Source of the DNA: Balanoglossus misakiensis
Taxonomy: Eukaryota > Animalia > Hemichordata
DNA: 64,000 nucleotides
NCBI GenBank assembly: GCA_040954595.2
Contig: CM082587.2
Location: forward strand, 7,801,705-7,865,704
Reading direction: 5' to 3'
In this document: one piece after another, positions 36,816 through 60,598 of the stretch
How positions within the stretch are numbered: the first letter of the stretch is position 1
Layout of the letters: every line of letters starts with the position of its first letter
Translations under genes and position numbers: made by a program
Notes under the pieces: generated by a model
The model's database searches: none
Seen by the model: the letters and a program-made list of their open reading frames with translations, nothing else
Told to the model about the DNA's origin: nothing

Positions 36816-37724
36816 TCACTGATACGGAATATTTGGGTTATTATCTCGTACTTTCTTCCCGATTTCAGCGTCGAAAAGTTCACTTTGCGCAACGGTGAAA
36901 TGGTTCTTCCAATCACCAACGACTCCCTTTCGAACCCACGGGTTTTGTCCCTCCAGTATAACTGTATCCTCCATGTATAATATATCCGACGGTTTACTTT
37001 GTTTCATAGCCTCTACAGAGGTGGCCTTCACAACTCTTTGAATGTTTTCTTCACTTACAGGGCGCTCAAGAAAACGCGCGATTTTCTTAATGGCTTTTGG
37101 TAGATCTTCCTTCATCTCTTCGTAGGTTACGTGGAGCACGTTGTCGTCAGCACCAAGTTTGTACCACTCGACGACATGATCGGACCATGGCGCGTGAGGG
37201 AACTTATCTTGTGTGAAATCTTTCACCGTCTCCTCCCAGTTCCCAGTTGGCATGGCACCCTGTGCAAATGACTTCGAGAAGTGGAAAAAAGAAGCACACA
37301 CGTCTTTTGGATTTCGACTGATATAGATCACCTTTGCGCCACGTTCTTTCATTTCTCGCAGAGGAAGCATTCTGGCTGCAAAGTGCGTTCTCATCAGACG
37401 CGGTGACGGGATGTCATCGATATCGACGGCCGCGACGGCTTGTCGACGTACTTCGCAGATATTGCCTTTCAAGTGTTTGAAGTGTTCGTCGATAAAAGTC
37501 GGTTCCCCAAGGCCACCGAAGTGACAAAGTCCCCAGTCGCTGTACATAGACTGCACGACCTGTATCAGCCAGGTGTTACCGGACTTCGGGAACCCACAGA
37601 TTACAACATCATTCGGCCGAAACTTACAGGCTTTCAGTCGACCGCTGGTTAGTTTCTCCTCGTCAAAATACCGCGGGAGTGTGATTCCGTCCACTTTAAT
37701 GTAGAACTCGGATTTTTCTGCCAT
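36816..37724 (-). CDS. Cytosolic PAPS-dependent sulfotransferase (Sulfotransfer_1, SULT-like), intronless CDS, ~302 aa
   Basis: 5'-PSB GFPKSGNTW, PRLMRTH, 3'-PB RNPKDVCASFFHF, YEEMKED and RKGVVGDWKNHFT; first ATG at 37724. Confidence 0.95.
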   Translation of the reverse strand: MAEKSEFYIKVDGITLPRYFDEEKLTSGRLKACKFRPNDVVICGFPKSGNTWLIQVVQSMYSDWGLCHFGGLGEPTFIDEHFKHLKGNICEVRRQAVAAVDIDDIPSPRLMRTHFAARMLPLREMKERGAKVIYISRNPKDVCASFFHFSKSFAQGAMPTGNWEETVKDFTQDKFPHAPWSDHVVEWYKLGADDNVLHVTYEEMKEDLPKAIKKIARFLERPVSEENIQRVVKATSVEAMKQSKPSDILYMEDTVILEGQNPWVRKGVVGDWKNHFTVAQSELFDAEIGKKVRDNNPNIPYQ

Positions 37725-39193
37725 CTCATCAAGTGCCCGAACCGGCAATGCGAGCGATTAGTGTGACCTCAGTTAAAGAGTGGCCTTGTGTTGACCCTGG
37801 TCTGCGCACTGTACATACGGACAGCTAGCTAGTATCTGGATAGTTGACGTGTTTACCATGTAAGCTATGTAAGAGACTCAGGCATGTGCGGGCGCTCGTC
37901 GGCTGAGACCTTTTGTCGCCGGAGCGCCTAGCCTGCACACGACTAACTTACGTTGAATATACATGTACATGTATATGTTGGAAGGTGTGTGCCCAAGCAA
38001 GCTGTTAATTTTCTTATCCAATCAAAGCGAGTTACCCCTGCCTTAGCCAGAGACACTAAAACAAAGAAGGGAGAACACCAATGAATTGACCAATTAGAAA
38101 AAGAAGGATCCCTTCCTCACCGACGCCGCCTTCTCATTGATATGCAAAATACAACTATCGTCGTTTTACTAGATACTATATTACACCGAATGGAAATTCT
38201 ACTTGCCGCAAAAAAAACAATTTCGACGTTTCGTTTGGAGTTTCCCACAAAGTTACGCCCACGTAACACTATAGGTTGCTCATCAATTAGCTCTCTGTGT
38301 GTTAGGGATGAAGGGTGGTGACGTCACCAGCTGTGTTTCCAACCACATGCGCAGGCGGAATTAAATATAAACAACACACAGCCCGTCCGAACGCGCTCAG
38401 ACCACAGTTATATTCATGCATCTATAGACCCAACCTTCTTCGATGGAAATGTCGTGCATTTCCCCCAACTATTTTTCCATCTGCCAAAATTTTTGTCAAC
38501 TTTAATCGCCAGGAACTTTCTCTAAACTTGTGCGGTGCGATTTATTTGTTCGGGGTCATTTCCCCCATTTTAATTCGTTCATTACAAATTAATCCCCAAT
38601 CAGCGAAACTCGTGCTCTTTATATTTAAGAAAAACATTTACAAAATGTTTTTTTTTAGATTTACTTTATTATTTGCACTCTTTTATATTTATTGCAAGGA
38701 AACTGAAGAAACTTCAATTCATTTGAAGCCACTACATGATGGGCTTCTTTCAAAGTGAATAGTGCCAATGCCTAATTTTATTGTCATCATTTTAAGGAAA
38801 TATTTGAAGCTAAACACGAACTGCAAACACTAAGTGGTAGGTTCCAGGACTCCGATGAAAGGAATAATTAGCGGTTTATCGTGAATCTTCAGTAGATGTT
38901 CAGTTACCCCAAATAAAGTCTGAAAACAAACAAACAAAGGATATACGTGAGAGGTGACTGAAACGAAGCGAGAAAGTCACTTCTCAAATATGTGTTGTTT
39001 TACGGTTGTATCTTCAAATTTCATGGTGCATTCTTTTATAGAGTTTTTTTTTACCAATCAACTTGCCGTCTCGGACACCTTTAATTAATTAATAAGGCGC
39101 CAATATGCACACATAAAGGACAAGAAAGAACATAACTCCTGAGCGGAACCGCCATATTTGTTCAGATCAAGTTTTGGCTACAGATGACGTACC

Positions 39194-40947
39194 TTAACGA
39201 GGGTCTGAGATGTCTCGTTCACAGACAAAGCCCAGTCGAAGGGTACACGATATATCGTTCCACTTTCCATCACCGCTTGACACCAAGTGAATACAATGCT
39301 CTATGTTCCCAGAATTGTCAGGCTGACGTGGGTTCCAATTAGCGTATGACAACTGTGAAAACAAAAGCGAGCGGCACATAAAATAAATCATAATGAAATG
39401 GAAAGTAACATTGGTTTCGTGAAGAGTTAACATTTGCAAATTAGCCATAATTACCATATCAATCAATTGTATTTTAGTCACTGTCTTTTGGTGCAGTTGG
39501 TCTCAATTTCTGAAGTCCTATCTTCCCGAAATCGATACCTAGCTAATAACATGAAACCCTGGATTTATAATGCTAACCACAGTTATTTCTTCAATATGCA
39601 GATTAGCGGCCAAACAAGCTTACTGCTAAAGAACTGCTGAAGAAAATTTCGTTGTCACCTCTTATACTGCATCCATAGAAAAAAAAACAATATTCACTCC
39701 CTGTATATCCTATTGAAATGATCGAACTTCTCAAATCTCATGACGACAAAGCATTGAGTCTTCAAGCCTTCAAACATATGAACCGACAACCGCTGCATAA
39801 CAAGACACGTACAATAAATAGCATGCATGGGAACAACAACTTACCCGAGATCCATCTGCCCACATGTAGTGTCCTTCTTCTATTATATCGTCTAATCCAA
39901 TCCAAATGTTAACTCGGTTTTGGGTGTATCCTGTTTAATCAAAACAGTTCGCACTTGTAAGTATATTATGTGGGTCACACACACACACACTACTAAGCGT
40001 CTCAGATCAGATACCGTCTCCAAAAAACGTGTGGACGGTGTATAGTGGTTCTGAAACGGCTTCGACTTGAGACGGCTTTGCCGGTCAGACCTGAGCCGGT
40101 GTAAAGGATTAACACCTCTCCGCGACCCACTGTCTATTATGGGGCCGAGCCTCAGCGCCTATACACAAACTTTCTGTGTGTAGACACAATGCGACTCAAA
40201 GCATTAATGCTCTGTGTTTACCATAGGCAAATAGTGTCTCAAACCTGGCATGTTACTGGTGGACTGTACAAATCCGAATCCTATGTGAAAAACATATCAC
40301 CCAATTGCCAGTAATGTTGCATTTAACCCACACATACATATTCGAAGTGATACCGACGAGACTGAGTGGGTCTCTTCCCCCCCCCCCCTCCCTCTCTCTC
40401 TACCACACACACAATTACACAACGACACTTTCTACTTTCTACCGGCTGTCTGAAATTTCCAAGTCTGACCTTTCAAGAAGATGCTCTCCCTGGCGCTATT
40501 AACAATTGCAAGAGTACTGCCCATTCCTTCGCACACAGTCTTAGCGTCTGCATATGTGTACATTGGATGCAAATAACCAAAGTAGCAACTCTTGTGAAAT
40601 TCTACCCATCCTGGCTGGCAGTCTGCAAATGAATAAACATAAAAGGGTGTATCGCGTTCGACATCTTTTTGCAAAAGTACAAATCGCTATTCACACTTGA
40701 ATACAGGAGATATAATCGCACGGTTTGTGTAAGGACAGTACCTTGATTCGTAGTCTTGTGACTGACTCTTTTTATCTTTCATGCATCCTTTTGGGAAAAT
40801 TTTAGAAATGTCCCGTACAAATAAGTCTTTTTAGTGTTTTTTTTATGGGCCGATATGGGCCTGAATTAAAGGATATTATAAATAAAACTCACGTGGTGAC
40901 GCCAAAGTGGTAGCCAGCACAGAAAACAATACAACCAGCTTCAACAT
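39194..40947 (-). CDS. Secreted single-domain C-type lectin, galactose-type (QPD...WND), ~150 aa; exons 40947-40893, 40622-40470, 39930-39845, 39352-39194
   Basis: Signal peptide MLKLVVLFSVLATTLA; CQPGWVEFHKSCY, WIGLDD, W.DGS, NW...QPDN...EHC and WNDISC...FVCE motifs. Confidence 0.9.
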
Positions 40948-42614
40948 TTTCACAATATCGAGACGATCTCTGGGCGAAAAAAAAGAATAACAAAAAAATT
41001 GAAACACTTTCAAAGCACTTTAAATTCCCTCCGTTCGTTTTGGAACGGGATCATCATTTCACTACCCCCCCCCCCCCTTTACTTGGAGGGCAATATACGA
41101 TTTTTGTCCTTATTTTTGCTTCCAACAAATTTTCTGCGCGGGAAAAACGTTTCATTCGCTGCCTATTAATACTCACCCTAAAAGAAAATTTGATGTATGA
41201 ACTAATTTACAGAAATCCTGACAAAAAGCCCTTTCCCCACATGTCATATAATTCGACATAAGTAAATTGTCAAAAGTAAGCTAGCTTGTAATTTCATTCA
41301 ATGTACATGTATATGAACTCAAGACTGAGACACCATGATGGGCATTACAGTTAGCGACATTTGCAGCGAATCGAAACAGTTTAAATGTCGTGCCCGCTGT
41401 TTCGAATATGTGGTCAAAATAAGTAAGTTTCCGTTCAAATGAGTAAGTTATCTTACCTGACAACGTAGACAGTCAACCGAGATCCGAGTGTGAAGAAATT
41501 ATACGATCGGTGTGAAAAGGCGCCGGTTTTTATTGTTCGGAGCAGTTTCCGAAAATTCACATTTGAGTGCATCTGCGCGTAGATCACCCATCCAGGGGTC
41601 TAACTACACGTCATCTTTTCAAGCAGCATGTTGATACTGACGGTGGGGAACAGTCAGTTATTCACAAAGAGCACGGGAGACAGGCCGGCCTTTTTTGACA
41701 GATAAACGCAGTGGTGATATGCCATCCGTCCAGGGGGCTCCGCAACTCAGCTTTGCAACCGGTAAGCACACAAGCGCCATGTTTGTTTGATAGAGCGAAA
41801 CCAATTTATTTAAATGAATTATATTCTAGCCCGTTGTTACAGAGTGGTTCGGTATGTGTATTTCTTAATCAATCTACCCACCACTGTTGGTAAATGTCAA
41901 ATTTTCCCTTGTTTGGACTATATACCATTTTCATTTCACTTATTTTGCCCTCATTGCTGAATGCCACATCATCACTTCAGCCCGGCATTTCTTTTGACAA
42001 TTCTTTACTATCAGTCACGTGATCTGGCTATGTGAACCACGGCGTTGTCATTTCCAGATGACGAGCAAGTACTATTTTGGCATCCAGTAAAAGTGTTGTT
42101 TTTTCGAGTACTATGTTTAGTACCAGCGGACACGTAACGTTAACATGCATTTAAAATGGCTGGCAGCCAAATGTACTTTTGCTCTTAAAAAGTCTATATT
42201 CGAAAACTTTGCACAAAGTGTCGTGCATATGTTATGTATATACATTTACCTAAAACGAAACTTCTATAACATCAAATTCAGTACAAAACATAAATTTTGA
42301 CGCATTTTGACACATTCTTCTGTATGAAAAATGGTTGACCTGAAAATGCCACGGATTAACTCGTCTTTTGTCATTTTCAAGTGTGTTATTGTTTCCTCAT
42401 CTTGGTTTTAGTGCGTTGAGTTTAGCATGTTTTAAAAGTATTTACTTTACCGCGGTCCACCATTTGAAGTGACTGGGCCTCTGGTACTTTCATTCATATA
42501 ATACTACCGGTACAAGCTGGTACTCGTACGTGTACTCGTAAAGGCAAGGGAAACAGCGCCACCAACCAGAGAGGTGCAGCCAATATCCCATGATGCATCT
42601 ACTTCCGAGTTAAA

Positions 42615-53957
<11,343 letters not shown>

Positions 53958-54320
53958 TTTTCTGAAATATTCAACTATTTTGCTATAAATATTTAACAGT
54001 GGAAGTTACTTCATTGAATAATACACAGTTACTGGATAAATCGCACACTGACAGAATTTTAGCATGTCGGTTGCTAATAGCTGGACCCTGGTCTTTCACA
54101 GTGTCTGGGTTATGCCCTCCACAGTACAGTGGTATTCTTATAGTGTTTGTTCCACAACAGAGACAAGGCTGCAGATACATCAAGTGATTTGTTTTTTTTA
54201 ATTTCACAGTGGAAATCAAATTACCAATATTAAATTGACAATGTCTGATACAGAGTCTTCTGCAGTATATCTCATTACCTCCACCTGTCCATGTATTGTT
54301 GTGGTACGGTCTGACTTTAA

Positions 54321-54388
54321 CCCTTCCACCATCCGTTGTTTTCTAAGGTAAATTTGGATCGCTAAATTGAGAACTGGGGGTGAAAGGG
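54321..54388. mobile_element. 68-bp piggyBac-type miniature element
   Basis: TTAA-CCCTTCCACC...GGTGAAAGGG-TTAA. Confidence 0.65.
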
Positions 54389-55306
54389 TTAAAACGTATC
54401 CCTAGGAATTCCACGAGAGTTTACTGTCTATAGGCCGGTCATATGCTGGGTAATATTATTCCATGGTGCTGGAAAAAGTATGACAACTTGGAGAAATGTT
54501 CATGAAGATGACAGCTCTTTGATTGTGTGACTTCAGAGTAAAATTGCCATTTCTGTCAGTTTATCCATGGGCTACGAAAACTTGTATGGACCACATCAAC
54601 ATCAGACTCTAGTATGTTTTCGACCTTATGTATATGATTGACAGTTCACACAGTACAGAATGTCACCCATTGAAAACCATCATAGGCTCAGAGACAATTG
54701 GCAACATTTGAAAAGATTCCAAGGATGTGTGTGAGAAAGCTTAAACCCAACATGAACAATATGTACAATGCATATTAATGACAGTCAGTGATTTGTGTTT
54801 CTGTGCAGCAGACAAGCCTTTATACTTGTAGTTTCACATCTGATTTTTTTTTTCACTGTATGCTTTTTTTTCTTATTCTGTGGTGGACATTGTCATAAGG
54901 AGTCAATTTTGAAAATAAATTCTTAAAACGTCATTTGATTGTTGGCTCATTGTTTTCAAACTTACGCTTGGAGGTCCAAGAGCTGCCACTTTTTGCATTA
55001 TTTTCATGATTTAACTTTCCAGCTAAGATTGATAGGTACACATGAACAAAGTCTAATAAAAGCAAACAAAATTTTTGTTTTGTTTTATGTACTTCTAAAA
55101 TTTGCTGTCAAATTCCTATACGGAGAAACATGAGATAAAAGTATACCGCCGTTGAGGGCACCCTCAAGTTGACTATTGTTGCGCAAGCCCGATAACCTCT
55201 AACCCCAAAGACACATGTGGGCAGTACATGTACAACGTCGTGGCCTTACACAATATTGTGAATTTCTCTTGTAGTATTGCCATCGGAAATATGTTTGTTT
55301 GAGAAA

Positions 55307-58300
55307 ATGGGACGGAGTAAGAAGAGTCAAGCGAAGAAGAGGGAAAAACAAAAGAAACTTACGGGTAAGACATCAACCACCACTACCTCGGCCATGTCGG
55401 CTGTTTGTGTTGTTGCTGTTTGAGTTACACTTCCTCCTTGTTCGTTGTGAGTGTGTGTGTGTGTGTGTGTGTTTGTTTGTTTGTTTGTTTGTCTGTTTGT
55501 TGTTATTGATTAATGTAAAACATTTATTTTCTGTCCGTCGGTCTTTTTGTTTATTTGTTTGTTTGTTCATGTTTGTTTGTTTACAACTTTGGCCAGGTTT
55601 ATTTGTTTAGCAGGTTTGGATTGAGGTACATTCACAGTACATGTGTAATAATAGGATTGGGGTTGGGGTCACTTTGCCCCACAGGGATAGCTGTGGTAAC
55701 GCAGCTGTACGGTTGGGGGGTGCTGATGCACCCCCCCCCCCTCCAACGGTACAGCTGCGTTACCACAGCTACCACAGGAAGTGATGCTGACAAGTTGAGA
55801 AATTGGAAATCAATTTGGAAATTTGTCAAATGCCCCACCCCAGGGGTTCAGGTAATTCAAAAGGTGGATTAATATCATTTCTGCCTGCTATCCATAATTA
55901 CATGGATTATACGTTTTTTGTTGCCCTCAGATTTAAAAAAGAAGAAAAAAATCGAAGAGAAAAAGACGGGCAAAAGAACAACTACGAAGGAGAACAGCAG
56001 CGTCCAATCAGAACCAGCAGATGCATCTACATCACAACCCAGCAAACCTAAATATGATGTTGAACAATTATTACAGAAGGTAGATAGACTATTAGCCCGG
56101 AGACACAGGCGTCGATCTAGAATACAACGCCCGGTGACAGTCGAGAAATTTCCTGCTGAGCTGAAAGATAGTAGCCCTGGCAACGATCAGGGTCGCTTAG
56201 TAACGAATGGATAACGAGTGATCTATCAAATGTTGACGGGCGTTAGTGGTTGGATGATATAATTAACAAAGCTTGGTAAATCACTCCCACACCCCGTCAC
56301 GGGAATTTCACACATGACTCCACCTCTATTTCCTTATTTAGAATGCGATGATGTCATTTGGTTTACATTGAGTGACCAATTAGCTTACACACAAGATTTA
56401 CCACCAAGTCATTCTGCGCACAGAATTCCGTGCGTAAATAGAGACTGTCACCGGGCGTTCCTTTTCCCCTACTACGCCTGTGTCTCCGGGCTAATAGACT
56501 ATCATCAATATCATTGCAATATTTTCCCATGCCTATACGTAGACCATAGAATTAGAAAGCAGGGCTCAAAGTTGCAATGGATGGGGAACTAGTGTAAGAC
56601 TCATATTGCGACAAGGTAAAATTGTGTAATATTGTGGTGGGCTTGAATGAACATTTTATGTCGCCTAGTCAAACAGAGGCAAGTACATCTGGGTTTTGTG
56701 TAAAAGAAAACCACCTGTACATTTTTTCACTTGTTTGTCTGCATTTTACTTGTAACCAGGAGAAAATCATAATCTAGATTGTTTTCCTTGGTCTGATTCA
56801 GAATTTTCCTTGGTCTGATTCAGAAAATAAACAGTGTGCGTGGATATTGTTTGTATTAACGTATTTCTAAAATTCATCACTTTGCTTCCTTCTTCTTTTT
56901 CACAGGCAGACGAATACATTGATACATTGGAGTATGAATTAGCACAGAAATTTTGCCAGCGAGCTTTAGATGTTGATGGAAATAATATTGCAGCATTGGA
57001 AACTGCAGGAACTGTATTTATTGAACTCGGGGATGTGGAAAATGCAGTCAAAATATCCTTTTGATGAAACAATGCACCGGGTTGGAGTTCAGACTGCTTT
57101 CCTGAAATTTATATAGAGAAGAGTATATGATGTGTGATCAGCAGGGTATATCTAGATTCAAAATTAACACAATTATGTGTGGTAATTTATTCTACATATA
57201 CATGCATGTATAGGCAGTGAAAATATATTGCCTTGTTTGGTTGAATTTTGATTTGAAAGAAATCTCTTAAAATTTCAGGGTGGTTTGTAAGTCTCAGTCC
57301 CTGTTGTGGGATAAATGTGTAGAAAATTTGAATATATAGTGATTGTCATGATAAACTGTAAATTATGGAATACTATTATTCAATACACAGGGCTCAAATT
57401 TAACAGTGGCACAGTCACACTTGTGTTTGGACAAGTAATTTCAGGAAAATGGTTATCCCTGTTGGACAACCAGTACCACCCAGAAACCATTCATTTTTAT
57501 GTCATACAGCCTGGCGAACATGGTCCTCACATGTTGTGGATTTTCCTTAGCCAAGATTACTATTTTAACAAAGCCGTCACTCTGAGCCCAGGCAAAGGAT
57601 TTTCTAAATACATGTATCTTGGTCAGCTGTGTGAGGGAAAAGAAGCCATAGAATGTTTTCAAAAGGGCGTTGACCTTATGCTGCAAGAAAGAGATGAGCA
57701 GGCCAAGGTTGGTACACTATTTTATTAAGTATTTATCAATGAAACAATAATGTAGGTATTTTAGCAAACACTGGATATATATATACTCTCAAGATATCAA
57801 AATTTTATTGCATCATATTATAATTCTCATGTTAGTGAAAATGTTCACGTATTTCATACATGTATTTATTTGGCTGTAAAACGTTTGGGGTCAGTATGTA
57901 AACTACGCCAGGTCAAGTGACCAGACTGTTTTTGCGTAACATAATTTGTAATATTTAGTTTAAATAACGGTGTCACTAGTTTTGTCATTCACGTATGATG
58001 TAGACACATCTGAGGAGACAAGTATCAAGACATGCTTTTCCCTTTGAACCTTCAATATTTCTTAAAATCACATATGAGCACTACCAAGGTTGTAAAAGAC
58101 AAAGATTGTTGGTTTTACTATCCTACATTCACTGGCAAGCAAAACTTCGGGCCAACGTTCAGTGACAAGATTTTTACCCATGGAGAATACTCCAGTCTGA
58201 ACTGATTCTTTCTCTTTTTTCTCTGACAGCTACTTGAAGGAGCGTGTGCAAATCCGGAGGAGACGGTCACTGTAACCAATCAAGATATCTCCAGAGCTTA

Positions 58301-60598
58301 TTGCTCCATGGCAGAAATCTACCTTACTGATTCATGGTAAAGAAATGTTTTGTTTTCTGTCGGCATCATGGTTTGTAAATATGACAGCTGATTACTACCA
58401 GAAGACGATGTTTTACTTCTTGTGGTTGTCAATCTTGGAGAGGATTTCATCAGCTTTCTTGTATTTCAGTCTATCAATAACTATTAAAGAGGAGGAGGTA
58501 GAGGGGAAGTGAAACCTTTACGTAGTTTACCAACAATACTGAATTATTAGTGCTATTTTAACTTCCACTGGGATGGTATCTCGACAAGAGAAGCATCTGC
58601 ATTTTACAGAAATTGCTCTTACATCATATGCTTCGTTGACATTTTGTTACATAGTTGAAATTAATATTAAGGATTCTTTTAAATTAATGGTATACGGTCA
58701 CCTATGGAAAATAAGCTTTAGTTAATACCATGGAAAATTGAAATCTAGCCAATAACAGATTTTCAGTGGGTCGCACACGCGAAAAAAAAGAGTGCTACCA
58801 TATGTTCTTTAGAACGCTCAAATACGCCATTTCAGCCATATATGGGCGTATGTAAATTGAAGGTGACTGTATACCTTTAACTAAGGTTTCATTCAAGATG
58901 ATAGTGTTCTGGCTCAATCAAAAGCAGGAGATTTATCAATTTTGTGATGTCATAACCAGATCTCCACTGACATGTTTGTTTGTTTGTTTGTTTACTTTGT
59001 AGTTTTGAAGAAGATGCTGAACAACATTGTAAGGCGTGTTTAGAAAAAGCCATTGAAACTGATGCAGACAATGCTGAGGCTCACCAGTTACACGCCAGTT
59101 ATCTTCTGAGTGTTGAAAAACTTCAGGTGATGTGATATTTGATGTCATCTTTTCAGCTCTGATATGGGTTTTGTGGTTACTGGTTGTGCAATGGAAGAAC
59201 CCACTCTTAGGATGGGTGTGAAAACTGTGAATCTATGTTTTTTATCATTGAACACTTTAAATATCTTGTTAATATTCTCCCAAGTTTTTGCGATGAGAAT
59301 GCGTCAAAGTTGAAAAATTATCACTGTTTGCTGTCATTTTTCAGAAAAACAATGACTCCATCTCCTCACTGATTGATATTCACAATGATGTCATTTGTTG
59401 ACAGAATCTCGGTACAGTGTTACCTATGAATGTAACATGTACAGATTGCAACACATGTGGCAATGAAAAATCTTTGAAAAATGGAACTTACTGCCACTGG
59501 CCACTGTAGCTATATTATTGACTTTGATATTCTCTTTCTACCAGGATGCAAAGGCAGCTATCGAGAAAAGCATATCACTATGGTTACCACAGTGGCGTGA
59601 GCATTTAGAGAAGTCCGAAAACTCTGAAGCATTTGAAATGTGTCCACTGAGTTATGAAGTCAGAGTGTCCACTGCTAAAATACTGATTGAAGTGCAACTA
59701 TTTCAAGTAAGTTTCACTTATCACACATGTTGTTTAGTGTATTACGGCTGTAGGCTCTTTGTATCAATTGATTTTGATTACATACTGGTTTCAGTATGTC
59801 TGTAACATTAGTTTATTTGGCAGTTCTTCATTTTGTGGCATTCTGATAAGCTGTTCTCACAGAAAGTACAGTACATTTAGTGTAGACATTGGTCTGACGT
59901 AAAGATGTTTTGGATTGTGGATGGTTGGATTGAAGAGTGTGTGAGTGTATGTGTGTGTGCATGTGCCCATGCATGCGTGATGATGGATGGAGTTTGTGTG
60001 TGTTAGAGAGAGAGAGAGAGAGGGGGGGAGGGAGGGAGGGAGGGGGGGTTTGAGAGAGAGAGGAGAGGGAGGGGAGAGATAGAGAGAGAGGGAGGGAGGG
60101 GAGAGAGAGAGGGAGGGATGGATGGATGGAAAAACTTCTATAGGAGCGAAGTGAGTAACCCATTCCATCTTTTGAATATAACCAGGAAGCCCTGGAAGTT
60201 TTAGACGGACTTCTGGAAGAGGATGATGAAGTGGTTGAAGTCTGGTATCTGATTGGATGGTGCTACCATCAAAGTCAGCTGGAAGACAAAAACAAATTAG
60301 CATCTTATTATTTAACGAAGGCCAAACAGGTGAGATGAGATGATGGCTCAGCCCAGTACTTCATTTGTTTAAAAAATAGGCTTTGAGTAAACCAGTGTTT
60401 TTCTGTCCTCAGATTTTTACCAAAGTTGGATGTGATGATGATCCTATGCTTGAACACATCGAAGAACTATTGAATACACTGGGTCCCGTGGAGGAATTGG
60501 ACGATGATGGTGCTGCCATGGAAACAGACGATGGTGACAGTGATGATGATGATGATGATGTTAGCAGCAGTGAAGATGAGACGTGTATGGAGCATTAA
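55307..60598 (+). CDS. TPR protein, probable assembly chaperone of Rpl4 (Acl4-like); exons 55307-55364, 55931-56079, 56906-57052, 57561-57707, 58230-58336, 59003-59126, 59545-59706, 60186-60329, 60413-60598
   Basis: TPR helices (LAQKFCQRALD, KYMYLGQL), AYCSMAEIYLTDSCFEEDAE motif, EDDEVVEVWYLIGW, basic N-terminus and acidic tail. Family assignment is from recalled motif resemblance. Confidence 0.82.
55688..55771. mobile_element. 84-bp palindromic MITE with TAG...CTA ends and 9-bp TSD (AcademH-like)
   Basis: TAGCTGTGGTAACGCAGCTGTAC / GTACAGCTGCGTTACCACAGCTA; flanks CCACAGGGA / CCACAGGAA. Confidence 0.8.
56093..56493. mobile_element. MITE with TAG...CTA ends and perfect 9-bp TSD (AcademH-like)
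   Basis: TAGCCCGGAGACACAGGCGT / ACGCCTGTGTCTCCGGGCTA; ATAGACTAT on both sides. Confidence 0.88.
57053..57560 (+). other. U12-type AT-AC intron in the Acl4-like gene
   Basis: 5' site ATATCCTTT; branch-like TTCCTTAGC ~10 nt before the terminal AC. This junction keeps the frame (ENAVK-YFNKAV), whereas the two nearby AGs do not. Confidence 0.88.
58688..58876. mobile_element. MITE family K2, intact copy
   Basis: TTAA-TGGTATACGGTCACCT...AGGTGACTGTATACCT-TTAA. Confidence 0.75.
59935..60130. repeat. Compound (GT)/(GA)/(GGGA)/(GGAT) low-complexity tract
   Basis: Direct inspection; intronic. Confidence 0.85.

Noticed and set aside
36816-37748. Horizontal (bacterial) origin of the sulfotransferase
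   Set aside because: Motifs including RKG.VGDWKNHFT are those of animal cytosolic SULTs; lack of introns alone is insufficient.
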